NCBI GenBank assembly: GCA_965368975.1
Contig: CBDUPA010000007.1
Location: 160,001-224,000, forward strand
DNA: 64,000 bases
From: an uncultured bacterium
GTDB taxonomy: Bacteria; Acidobacteriota; Thermoanaerobaculia; Multivoradales; JAHZIX01
Direction of reading: 5' to 3'
Shown here piece by piece: positions 28,473 to 37,402 of the stretch (position 1 is its first letter; each line of letters starts with the position of its first letter). The translations under genes were made by a program, and so were the position numbers. Under the pieces are notes generated by a model, which saw nothing but the letters and a program-made list of their open reading frames with translations, had not been told where the DNA came from and ran no database searches.

Positions 28473-30196
28473 ACCTCGATGAGACGACCCGCGACGCGCT
28501 CGCCTCGCGCACCACTATGGGCGATGGCAGCACGCTGGCACCGATGTCGGTGCGCGTGCCCTGCTTGACCCTGCTGGCGCATCCCGACCCTGGGCGTGTC
28601 GGTGAGCAGGCGCCGTTGCCTGCGCTGTCGGTGGGACGTTCGCTCTACCTCTCGCGCGCCGAGCCGAGTTTCCTGCAGCCATCGTCCACCGCCGGTACGC
28701 CGCGAGCGCTGGAAGATCCTCACCTCAGCCGCAAGCCGCTGGTGCTCGAAGCGACGGGCGAAGGGTGGCGCTTGTGCCGGGCTGGCAGCTCGACCCATAC
28801 CGAGGTCGACGGTCGAGCGCTGGTCGACGCGGTGGGCTTCAGCGCTGCCGATCTGGAACGCGGTGTCGTGCTCGAGCTGGGACGGCGCATCGTCCTGGTC
28901 TTGCATTTTCAGCATCCGACTCCCGTGGCGGTGCCGAAGTACGGCCTGGTCGGCGAGAGCAGCGCGATGGTCGAGGTACGGCTGGCCGTCCGGCAGCTGG
29001 CGTCGCTGCCGGCGTCGGTGCTGGTCCGCGGCGAGACCGGCACCGGCAAGGAACTGGTGGCGCGGGCGCTGCACGCGGCCGGTGAGCGTCGACGCCAGCC
29101 GTATCTGAGCGTCAACCTGGCGGCGGTACCGTCGCAGCTGGCGGCGGCGCAGCTGTTCGGCGCCCGCAAGGGAGCCTACACCGGTGCCGACCGGGATCAA
29201 GACGGCTACTTCCGGCGCGCCCATCTCGGCACGCTCTTCCTGGATGAAGTCGGGGAGACGCCTGCCGACGTCCAGGCGCTGCTCCTGCGCGCTCTGGAGA
29301 GTGGCGAGATCCAACCGGTGGGCAGCACCGAGACGCGGCAGGTCGACGTGCGCGTGGTCACGGCCACCGATGCGGACCTGGAAGCCGCCATCGCTGCCGG
29401 CGACTTTCGAGCGCCGCTGCTCCATCGCCTGGCAGGCTTCGAGATCCGCCTGCCACCGCTGCGCGACCGGCGTAGCGACCTCGGCCGGCTATTGATGCAC
29501 TTCCTGGAAGAGGAGCTACGCACGCTCGGGACCCCGGAGCTGCTGGCGGCCGGCGCCGGCGGCAAGCCCTGGCCATCCTCGGTCCTGGTGGCGAGTCTGG
29601 CGCGCCACTCTTGGCCCGGAAATGTGCGAGAACTGCGCAATGCCGCCCGCCGGCTGGCGGCCCTCGGTCGAGGCACGGCCGGAGCCAGCGCGGTGAACCT
29701 GATGACACAGCTGCTCGGCCAGCGCACGCTCGTGCCGGATGGGCCGGGGGGCGAGGGTTCTGTGCGCGCTACGGCGGGAGGCGCCGTATCTGTGGAAGCT
29801 ACATCTTCCGGAGAGCTGCCAGCTGGAAACGCGACCGCGCCACCGGCACGAAGGCGCCTGCGCAAGATCGAAGACGTCGGCCACGAGGAAATGCTGCAAG
29901 CGCTGCGTGATCATCAGTGGCAGGTCGCTCCGGCCGCGGCAGCGCTCGGTGTCTCGCGCGCGACTCTCTACCGGCTGATCGAGACGGTACCGGGGATCCG
30001 CAAGGCGGCTGAACTCGAGGCTGTGGAAATCGAGGCGGCTCTCGAACAGGCTGGCGGCGTCCTCGAAGCCGCCGCTGCCGCGCTCGAAGTTTCGCCGCAG
30101 GGACTCAAGCGCCGGCTGCGGGCTCTCGATCTGGCTGACGCCGGCCCTGGTCCGGGAACAGGGGCTCGTCGTCGCAGCCCTCGAAAGGACAGATGA
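28469..30196 (+). CDS. FHA-like domain + sigma54-dependent activator with two HTH domains
   Basis: LEDPHLSR, GETGTGKE, GAYTGA, LFLDEVG, WPGNVREL, two Fis-like HTHs; ATGA overlap with the kinase. Confidence 0.92.
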   Translation: MNLDETTRDALASRTTMGDGSTLAPMSVRVPCLTLLAHPDPGRVGEQAPLPALSVGRSLYLSRAEPSFLQPSSTAGTPRALEDPHLSRKPLVLEATGEGWRLCRAGSSTHTEVDGRALVDAVGFSAADLERGVVLELGRRIVLVLHFQHPTPVAVPKYGLVGESSAMVEVRLAVRQLASLPASVLVRGETGTGKELVARALHAAGERRRQPYLSVNLAAVPSQLAAAQLFGARKGAYTGADRDQDGYFRRAHLGTLFLDEVGETPADVQALLLRALESGEIQPVGSTETRQVDVRVVTATDADLEAAIAAGDFRAPLLHRLAGFEIRLPPLRDRRSDLGRLLMHFLEEELRTLGTPELLAAGAGGKPWPSSVLVASLARHSWPGNVRELRNAARRLAALGRGTAGASAVNLMTQLLGQRTLVPDGPGGEGSVRATAGGAVSVEATSSGELPAGNATAPPARRRLRKIEDVGHEEMLQALRDHQWQVAPAAAALGVSRATLYRLIETVPGIRKAAELEAVEIEAALEQAGGVLEAAAAALEVSPQGLKRRLRALDLADAGPGPGTGARRRSPRKDR

Positions 30197-30716
30197 GCAT
30201 TTCCGGGTCCGGCAGGTGGAAGCGCCGCTCGCGCCCGCTCTTGTCTCGGGCTGTGAAGCGCGCTTGGAAAGCGTAATTGCCCGAGCGAACCAGCTGGAAG
30301 AGGTTCTGCCTGTCTTGGAAGACCAGGAAGAGCTTCCCTCGCCGGCCAACCATGGGGTCCAACCGGATATTCTCGCTGTGAGTGTGCACCGACTTCAGGT
30401 CGGCGTCGAAGGGCGCCTGGTGTGTCGGCTCCTTGGCTTTCGAGGAAAACACCAGCTGCACATGGCTGATGGTCTCGGTGGGAAATCCTGGCGTCACATC
30501 GAGGATCGAGAAGGTGAAGTAATCGCCCACGTGAGCCGGGGCGATCTGGCCCTGGTGTAGCAGAGCAGGGGCGTTTCTGGAGCCGAAATACCAGCCGACT
30601 GGGTAGCAGGCTTCGATCCCATCGCCGTCCTCGAGGCCCCTGGCCTTGGAATTCCAGTCGATGGTGAGAACCCAGCGGAAGGTCTCTGGCGGTCGAGTCG
30701 CGTTGTGGGCTGTCAT
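30105..30716 (-). CDS. Hypothetical beta-rich protein with a DPEM motif near the C-terminus
   Basis: CAGGAG RBS, protein-like composition, YAFQARF...RFHLPDPEMLI. The 3' end overlaps the activator's 3' end. Confidence 0.7.
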   Translation of the reverse strand: MTAHNATRPPETFRWVLTIDWNSKARGLEDGDGIEACYPVGWYFGSRNAPALLHQGQIAPAHVGDYFTFSILDVTPGFPTETISHVQLVFSSKAKEPTHQAPFDADLKSVHTHSENIRLDPMVGRRGKLFLVFQDRQNLFQLVRSGNYAFQARFTARDKSGRERRFHLPDPEMLICPFEGCDDEPLFPDQGRRQPDREPAAGA

Positions 30717-30758
30717 TCACTGTCTCCTGTGGACACCGTGCGGCGGCCGCCGAGCCAC

Positions 30759-31757
30759 TCAGTATTGCAGCAGCACTGCCGCCCAGTGGAAGCCGGCGCC
30801 GAAGGAAGTGCACAGTACCAGGTCGCCGGGCTTGACGCGGCCTTGACGCCTTGCTTCCCACAGCGCGATGGGCACGGATGCCGAGCCGGTATTGCCGACA
30901 TCCTGAATGTTGATCGCCACTTTCTCGGGCGCGATGCCGAGCTTCTGGCCGACTGCCTGGATGATGCGCAGGTTGGCCTGGTGGGGCACAAAGAGGTCGA
31001 CCTCGTCGAGGCTCTTGCCGGCCTGTTCGAGCACCTGCTGCGAGGCGGCGGTCATGCGACTGACGGCTTCCTTGAACAGTTCGCGGCCTTTCATGACCGC
31101 CTTCTCGTGCAGCCCCTGGGCCACCAATTCGGCGGTGATGCGGTGGCGCGTGCCGCCGACGGGGACGGCGAGGATGTCGGCTTTGCTGCCATCGGTGCCG
31201 GCGAGAGCACCGAGGATCTCGGCGGCACCTTCACGGCGGCCGACGATAGCGGCGCCAGCACCGTCGCCGAACAGGACATCGGTGTGACGGTCCTTCCAGC
31301 TCAGCCACTTGGTGAGCGCTTCGGCGCCGATCACCAGCACCAGACCGCCATGCAGCAGGATGCGAGCGCGAGCGACGTCGAGGGCGAGCAGGAAGCCGGC
31401 GCAGCCGCTGCCGGCGAGATCGAAGGCGGGGATCTCGCGGGCGCCGAGTTCGTGCTGGACGAAAGCGGCGGTGTCTGGCGCCGGCATCTCCGGCGTATCG
31501 GTGGCGACGATGATCTCGTCGAGATCCTGGGCGCTGAGGCCGGCGTCGTCGAGGGCGCTGCGGGCTGCTTCTAGGGCCAGTTCGAGCGTGCTCTGATCCT
31601 CGGCGATGATGTGCCGGCGCTTGATGCCGGTACGGCTGGTGATCCACTCGTCGGAGGTGTCGACGTGCTCGGCCCACTCGTCGTTGGTCATCACGCGTTC
31701 GGGCAGGTAGGCGCCCAGGCCTATCAGGCCAATGGGATGCTGCGGCTCTGGTTGCAT
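30759..31757 (-). CDS. fabH: 3-oxoacyl-ACP synthase III
   Basis: DTSDEWITSRTGI, AGSGCAGF (Cys), LFGDGAGA, PHQANLRI (His), GNTGSAS (Asn). Confidence 0.93.
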   Translation of the reverse strand: MQPEPQHPIGLIGLGAYLPERVMTNDEWAEHVDTSDEWITSRTGIKRRHIIAEDQSTLELALEAARSALDDAGLSAQDLDEIIVATDTPEMPAPDTAAFVQHELGAREIPAFDLAGSGCAGFLLALDVARARILLHGGLVLVIGAEALTKWLSWKDRHTDVLFGDGAGAAIVGRREGAAEILGALAGTDGSKADILAVPVGGTRHRITAELVAQGLHEKAVMKGRELFKEAVSRMTAASQQVLEQAGKSLDEVDLFVPHQANLRIIQAVGQKLGIAPEKVAINIQDVGNTGSASVPIALWEARRQGRVKPGDLVLCTSFGAGFHWAAVLLQY

Positions 31758-31804
31758 GGGGGGCTCCGCTTGCGGTCGAGGTCGGTCGGACGCTGTCGTG
31801 ACCA

Positions 31805-33886
31805 TCAACATAGCAGACGGATCGTAGCTCCCTGGCGGGTAGAGGTCGGATCTGACAAAGGGCAGACAGTCGTCGACCCCTGGATCGATGCGACGCGCGG
31901 CGGCAGCCAGCCGGAAGAGATGAGAGCGACCGCGCGGCCGCTCGTGGCGTGATCGCGGATCGTGCTCTGCAGGCTGGTCAGGGGCGGTCCTTCGATCTCG
32001 CGACCGAGGGTGTCGAAGAGACCCTGAGCGTCTGGGGCCAGTTGATCGCGCCAGGCATTGAGCCAGCTGCCGTCGTGCTGGCTGAGGACCCAGGCACCGA
32101 GGTTGAGCAGCGTCCAGTAGCGGCGCCAGGCCAGATCACTGCCACTACCCTGGCCGCCCAGCTGCTCGGCGGCCCGCTGCAGGAGGCCGGGACGGCACCA
32201 ACCGCTGGCGTCGAGGTGCTGGCCCAGCCAGCTGGCAAGTCCCTGGAAAGCCCTGCCCTGAGCCCAGGCAGCGACAGGTAGCGGGAACGCGGTCTTGGGT
32301 GCCGACGCCAGCGCGCCGAGCCGAGCACGGAAGGCGCGCCGTAGGTAGCGTTTGTTGGCGGGCGTGTCGCGAGTACCGGCGTCCAGGTTGCGTACCGGGT
32401 CGAGGGGCAGCAGTGCCGAGACAAACTCGGTATCCAAGAACGGCACCCGCGTTTCGATGCTCGCGGCCAGGCCAGCGCGGTCGATGCGCATCAGCAGGTT
32501 GCGCAGGTAGTTGTGGCGGTCGAAGTGCAGCTTGCGGCGCAGACCTCGGTAGTCGGTCGCCGCCGGGGAGAAGGTGGTGGCGAGCCGTTGACGCAGCCGC
32601 TCCCAGGATGCAGCTCCTGCGGCTTCCGGTGGCAACCAACCGTGGAGCACCTCTTGCCACGGCAGGATGTCTTCGTCGTCGTCGAGCAGGAATTCCGGCG
32701 TACCATCGTCGCTGCGCTGGGCGTAGCGCGCGTAACGCTGGTAGCCGCAGAACAGCTCGTCGGCGCCTTCGCCGGACAGCATCACCTTGGCGCCTTGCAG
32801 GCGTGCGGTGCGACTCATCCAGAAGAGCGGTACGCCGGAGTTGAACATCACCGGTGTACCACTGACGCGCAACATCCATGGCCAGATGGCGAGGAAGGCG
32901 TCCGGCGTCAGGGTGGTTTCCTGTAGCTCCAGGCCCAGAAAACCGGCGGCCCGGCGAGCCTCGGCGCGCTCGTCGAGCATCGGTTCGGCGTCGAAGCCGG
33001 CAGCCAGGCAGGGTAGGCGGTGCGGGTGCTCTTGGGGTAGCAGGGACGCGAGGATCGTCGAGTCGAGCCCACCGCTCAGGAAAAGGCTGAAGCGGACGTG
33101 CTCGGGCAGGCGGATGTCGACCGATTCGCGCAACAGAGTTGCTAGCTCGGTGTCGGGTCCCGTGCCGCTGTCGGTTCCCGTGCCGCTGGCGGCGGCGAAG
33201 GCGTCGGGAGCGAAACGGCCGGTGCGGACGTCGAGGCCGTCCGGGGTCTCACGGAAGGTGACGGTCTGGCCCGGCAGCACCGCCTTGACGCCGGCCCACA
33301 TCGTCGAGGGCTCGAGCGGTTGGCGCAGCACCAGACACTCGAAGCGGCTCTGCAGGTCGGGAGTGTCGGGAGCCAGGCCTTGCTCGACGAGTCCTTGCGG
33401 TTCGGAACCGAAGGCAACATGGCCTGCGGCATGGCTGTAGTAGAGCGGCCGAATACCGACACGGTCGCGGGCCAGGGTCAGCTGCCGCGCCTGCCGATCA
33501 TAGACCGCGACGGCGAACATGCCGCGCAGGCGGGCGAGGAAGTCGAGGCCATACTCGGCAATGCCCTGCGCCACCAGCTGGCAGTCCGAGCCGGTGGGGA
33601 ACAGGCCGCCAGCCAACCGTGGGTCCCGGCGTAGCTCATGATGGTTGTAGAGCTGGCCGTTCATCACCACGGCAAAGCGGCCGTCGCGGCTGAGAAACGG
33701 GACGCCACCGCTTTCGGGGTCGGTGATCAGCAGGAAGGTCTGGCCGAGCAGGCAGCCTGGCTCGATGAACAGAGTGTAGCCGTCCGGACCGCGGCGCCGG
33801 ATCGCCGCCAGGGCACGGCCCACAGCGGACGCGACCTCCGCTTGCCGAGGTTCCGGGACGAACGCGACGCCGACGATGCCACACAT
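31805..33886 (-). CDS. Asparagine synthase (AsnB)-family amidotransferase with a divergent glutamine pocket
   Basis: MCGI, RGPD, NGQLYN, RGMFA, ARDRVGIRPLYY, SGGLDS, SGEGADELF.GY, RVPFLD. GGAGG RBS. Confidence 0.88.
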   Translation of the reverse strand: MCGIVGVAFVPEPRQAEVASAVGRALAAIRRRGPDGYTLFIEPGCLLGQTFLLITDPESGGVPFLSRDGRFAVVMNGQLYNHHELRRDPRLAGGLFPTGSDCQLVAQGIAEYGLDFLARLRGMFAVAVYDRQARQLTLARDRVGIRPLYYSHAAGHVAFGSEPQGLVEQGLAPDTPDLQSRFECLVLRQPLEPSTMWAGVKAVLPGQTVTFRETPDGLDVRTGRFAPDAFAAASGTGTDSGTGPDTELATLLRESVDIRLPEHVRFSLFLSGGLDSTILASLLPQEHPHRLPCLAAGFDAEPMLDERAEARRAAGFLGLELQETTLTPDAFLAIWPWMLRVSGTPVMFNSGVPLFWMSRTARLQGAKVMLSGEGADELFCGYQRYARYAQRSDDGTPEFLLDDDEDILPWQEVLHGWLPPEAAGAASWERLRQRLATTFSPAATDYRGLRRKLHFDRHNYLRNLLMRIDRAGLAASIETRVPFLDTEFVSALLPLDPVRNLDAGTRDTPANKRYLRRAFRARLGALASAPKTAFPLPVAAWAQGRAFQGLASWLGQHLDASGWCRPGLLQRAAEQLGGQGSGSDLAWRRYWTLLNLGAWVLSQHDGSWLNAWRDQLAPDAQGLFDTLGREIEGPPLTSLQSTIRDHATSGRAVALISSGWLPPRVASIQGSTTVCPLSDPTSTRQGATIRLLC

Positions 33887-33972
33887 ACTCCTGCCTCCTG
33901 TGAAATTCTAGCGGCTGCTGGATTCCGTATACGCAGGAGGAGGCAGTGAGTTCTGGGGCGGTCGTCAGGATC

Positions 33973-34857
33973 TCAGGTCGTACCGACGGCGCGCCGCAGG
34001 GTTCGTGTCTCGTCGCGCAGGTCACGAGCTGCCTGCACGAGTTCTTCTGTGATCGATGCCGGAAGTGGAAGAGCCACGGGGTCGCCGGTCTCGACCGGCT
34101 CGTAGGGATCTTCCAGGCTGGAGATTTCCACGGCTTCGTGCGGGCTCTCGTCGTCCGCATCTCCCAGACCGGTTCCGCGTTCCCGTGTCAGCCGCTCGCG
34201 AATTCGATCCCGCAGCGCGCGGGCGTCCTCCAGACCGCGGAAGCGGCCCAGGTGTAGGGTCTTGCCCTCCAACTCGTCCAGATCCGTCGGCAGATTGCCG
34301 CCGCCGGCGGTGTGAACTTCCAGATCGGCGATGCCGAACAGTCGCTGAATCGGGCCCTGCTTCACTTTCATATTCTGGATGTTGGCGATGCGGATGGTCT
34401 GCTCGTGTACCGTCCAGAGGCCCTCGCGCAAGCGCAGGAACTCTTCACCCACCATGTACCAGCGCAGCTCCCAGTCGAGCTTGAGCAGCAGCAGGGAAGC
34501 GAAGAACTGCACCGCGAATGTGACGACGGCGGTGCCTTCGATCAGCATCAGGACATGACTGGGCGCCCACTCGAAGGAGAAGAAACTGATGTTGATGTTG
34601 TTGCCAATGCGCTCACTGATGCGTTCGATGACCATGTCCAGACCGCCGAAGCGGATGAAGCCGACGTCGATGAGACCGAAGAAGGCGAGCGAGACAAGCA
34701 GGCCGAAGAAACCGGCGATCTGCTTGGGGAGCCAGCGGGCGGCGTTGTAGTAGAGGTGGCGCCGAGAAGCGCGGAAGGTGCGTAGGTCGGTATCGATGCC
34801 CGGTGGTGGATCGGGCTTCTCACGGATGCGCAGCAGGTGCAGGAGACGCTCTCTCAT
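33973..34857 (-). CDS. bPH_2 (YdbT-like) PH-domain membrane protein
   Basis: Two TM segments, then LRLREGLW...QTI..ANIQN..VKQGPIQRLFGIADLEVHTAGG. Confidence 0.85.
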   Translation of the reverse strand: MRERLLHLLRIREKPDPPPGIDTDLRTFRASRRHLYYNAARWLPKQIAGFFGLLVSLAFFGLIDVGFIRFGGLDMVIERISERIGNNINISFFSFEWAPSHVLMLIEGTAVVTFAVQFFASLLLLKLDWELRWYMVGEEFLRLREGLWTVHEQTIRIANIQNMKVKQGPIQRLFGIADLEVHTAGGGNLPTDLDELEGKTLHLGRFRGLEDARALRDRIRERLTRERGTGLGDADDESPHEAVEISSLEDPYEPVETGDPVALPLPASITEELVQAARDLRDETRTLRRAVGTT

Positions 34858-35531
34858 GATGCTTCTCCTTGCTGGTGGGCGCCCTGCTGCCGTGCCAGTT
34901 CCTGGCGCAGGGCTCGCAGTTCGGCTGTCGTTTCCTGCAGTGCACTGACGACCTGACGGAGAGGCTCGTCCGCCGGTATCGAGGTGGGCGCCGGCATAGA
35001 GGAGGGCGCCGGCACAGAGGTGGGCGTCGGTGGCGAGGGGGCGGTGTCCTGGACGCCAGCGTGGGTCGATGCTCCGGACCGCCTTGACCCTGTCGATCGC
35101 TTCGAGCGCCGCATGCGGGCGTAGAGAAAGTCGCGGACCGCCTCGAAGTTGGACAGACCCTCGATCGTGATCTCGGCCACCGACGAGCCCGAGGCTGTCT
35201 GGATCTGCACGCGCGCGAGTCCCAACCAGCGCTCCAGGGCGTTGCTGATCAGGTGGATGTCCTGGATGCGCGCGTAGGTCAGGCTGATCTCGCGCCGGAA
35301 CAGGATGCCCCAGTGCATGCTGACGCCTTCGTCGTCGAAGTCGTAGCGCAGTGTCTTGAACCGGAAGTAGAAGTAGAGGGCGGCAATCGGGAAGCCGGGG
35401 CCGAAGAGCAGCGACTTGAACAGGTAGTAGGTGAGCAGGCTACGTTCGGGCTGATGATGGCCGTGGACGGCGCTTACCTTCTCGGCGTCGTCCGTCGGAT
35501 CGGTGGCCGCCAGAGCGGCTAAATCTTGCAT
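34854..35531 (-). CDS. bPH_2 (YdbS-like) PH-domain membrane protein
   Basis: LRY.FDDEGV...WGILFRRE...YARIQD...LERWLGLARVQIQTASG. Confidence 0.85.
   Translation of the reverse strand: MQDLAALAATDPTDDAEKVSAVHGHHQPERSLLTYYLFKSLLFGPGFPIAALYFYFRFKTLRYDFDDEGVSMHWGILFRREISLTYARIQDIHLISNALERWLGLARVQIQTASGSSVAEITIEGLSNFEAVRDFLYARMRRSKRSTGSRRSGASTHAGVQDTAPSPPTPTSVPAPSSMPAPTSIPADEPLRQVVSALQETTAELRALRQELARQQGAHQQGEAS
34981..35034 (-). repeat. 18-bp tandem repeat x3 (P/S/T-rich linker)
   Basis: gagg(t/a)gggcg(c/t)cgg units at 34981, 34999 and 35017. Confidence 0.8.
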
Positions 35532-35626
35532 GATGGTCTCCGAGTCTCGGTGTTGGGCTTACGGGTCAGGAGAACTGCCCGAGTCTCTAGCACCTACTAC
35601 GGAAGGAACGCGGGTAAGATTACTCC

Positions 35627-36061
35627 ATGGTGCGCTTTCTCACGTGGACGTGGTTCGGACTATTGGTAGGTGCTCTCATTGCGACGTTGGCCAAGTTCCA
35701 GGCGTCGACGCTCGAGCGTGCCACCGCCTTCGAGGTCGGAAAGGTCACCTTCCAGGCCTTCAGCCATGCCGAATGGGGCTTGTGCATCGCGCTGATCGCC
35801 GCCGCTTTCGTGGCTCGACGAAGAGGGGCTTTCGGTCGACTGGGTTGGCTTCTCACGGCCGTGATCGTGGCCATGGTGGCGCTACAGGGAGCTTGGGTGC
35901 TGCCAGTGCTCTACCACCGGGTCGACTTGCTGATGGCCGGCGAGCCGTTGCCGCCGTCGTCCTTGCATCGTGTTTACAGCGTGCTGGAGTTGGTCAAGGT
36001 CGTCAGCTTGCTATGGCTCGGAGCCTTGAGCCAGCCACGCACTCTCTCCAACCAACGGTAA
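35627..36061 (+). CDS. Small 4-TM membrane protein (DUF4149-like) leading the cyd operon
   Basis: KFQA..L....AFEVGKVTF, H..Y..LELVK; hydrophobic helices. Confidence 0.75.
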   Translation: MVRFLTWTWFGLLVGALIATLAKFQASTLERATAFEVGKVTFQAFSHAEWGLCIALIAAAFVARRRGAFGRLGWLLTAVIVAMVALQGAWVLPVLYHRVDLLMAGEPLPPSSLHRVYSVLELVKVVSLLWLGALSQPRTLSNQR

Positions 36062-36082
36062 TCCTCGAATCTGGAGCTTGCC

Positions 36083-37402
36083 ATGACTCATCTCGAGTTA
36101 GCCCGCAGCCAGATGGCCTTCTCGCTGGGCTTCCACATCATCTTCGCCTCGATCTCGATGGTGATGCCTTTCTTGATGTGTCTGGCGTATCGTCGCTACC
36201 TTGCCAGCGGCGATCCACTGGATTTGCGCTTGACCAAGGCATGGATGCGGGGAACGGCGATTCTCTTCGCGACCGGGGCCGTCAGCGGCACTGCCTTGAG
36301 TTTTCAACTGGGACTCCTGTGGCCGACGTTCATGGAACACGCTGGTCCGATTTTCGGCATGCCGTTCTCACTCGAAGGGGCCGCCTTCTTCTTGGAGGCG
36401 ATCTTCCTGGGGCTGTTTCTCTACGGCTGGGACCGGCTGCCGCCGCGCGTCCACCTGTTCTGCGCCTGGATGGTGGGGTTGTGTGGGGTGGCATCCGGTG
36501 TACTGGTCGTCGCCGCCAATGGCTGGATGAACGCGCCCGCCGGCTTCACCTGGGTCGACGGGCAAGCTGTCGACATCGATCCATGGGCAGCGATGTTCAA
36601 CCAGGCGTGGCCGCTGCAGGCGACGCACATGCTGGTGGCGGCCTTCCAGGCGACCTGCGCCGCGGCCGCGGGCCTCCATGCTTGGGGGTTGTTGCGTGGC
36701 GACGGCGAGCGGTTTCACCGCAGAGCCCTGAGCTATGTCTTGCCGATTCTGGCTGTGAGCTCGCTTCTCCAGCCGGTGATCGGGCACTTCAGTGCCGAGT
36801 CTGTCGCTGAACGGCAGCCGGAAAAACTGGCCGCCATGGAAGCCCACTTCCACACCTCAACGGCAGCGCCATTGTGGATCGGCGGCTGGCCGGACGAAGA
36901 GGCGCAGCAGGTGAAGTGGGGCTTGCCCATTCCCGGTGGCTTGAGCTTCTTGGCACATGGTGATTTCGCTGCCGAGGTCACGGGGCTGGACGCGTTCCCG
37001 AAGGAAGAGCAGCCGCCGGTCCTGATCGTCCATCTGGCCTTCCAGGTGATGGTGGGTCTTGGCATGCTGCTGGCGGCGGTGTCTGTGCTCTACCTGGGTG
37101 CCCGCTGGCGCAAGGTCGACTTGTTGCGACGGCGCTGGTGGTTGACCCTACTCACGGTCTTGACGCCCGCGGGATTCCTGGCCTTGGAGGCAGGATGGGT
37201 GGTCACAGAGGTAGGGCGTCAGCCCTGGATCATTTACCGGGTGATGAAGACGGCCGAGGCAGTGACACCGGTGCCGGGCCTGGGCTGGAGCTTTGCGATC
37301 ATCGTACTGCTCTACAGTACCCTGGGGACGATCTCGATGCTTCTGCTCTGGAAGTGGTTTCGGCTCGAATCGCGGGTTGCTGAAGCTAGGGAGGAGGGTT
37401 GA
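36083..37402 (+). CDS. cydA: Cytochrome bd-type oxidase subunit I
   Basis: LARSQMA..LGFHIIF, FATGAVSG, LEGAAFFLEA.FLG, QPEKLAAME, GWVVTEVGRQPW. Confidence 0.95.
   Translation: MTHLELARSQMAFSLGFHIIFASISMVMPFLMCLAYRRYLASGDPLDLRLTKAWMRGTAILFATGAVSGTALSFQLGLLWPTFMEHAGPIFGMPFSLEGAAFFLEAIFLGLFLYGWDRLPPRVHLFCAWMVGLCGVASGVLVVAANGWMNAPAGFTWVDGQAVDIDPWAAMFNQAWPLQATHMLVAAFQATCAAAAGLHAWGLLRGDGERFHRRALSYVLPILAVSSLLQPVIGHFSAESVAERQPEKLAAMEAHFHTSTAAPLWIGGWPDEEAQQVKWGLPIPGGLSFLAHGDFAAEVTGLDAFPKEEQPPVLIVHLAFQVMVGLGMLLAAVSVLYLGARWRKVDLLRRRWWLTLLTVLTPAGFLALEAGWVVTEVGRQPWIIYRVMKTAEAVTPVPGLGWSFAIIVLLYSTLGTISMLLLWKWFRLESRVAEAREEG

Noticed and set aside
31805-33886. Lasso-peptide cyclase
   Set aside because: Keeps the N-terminal Cys and full Ntn domain; no B1/B2 (RRE, transglutaminase-like) gene or precursor nearby.
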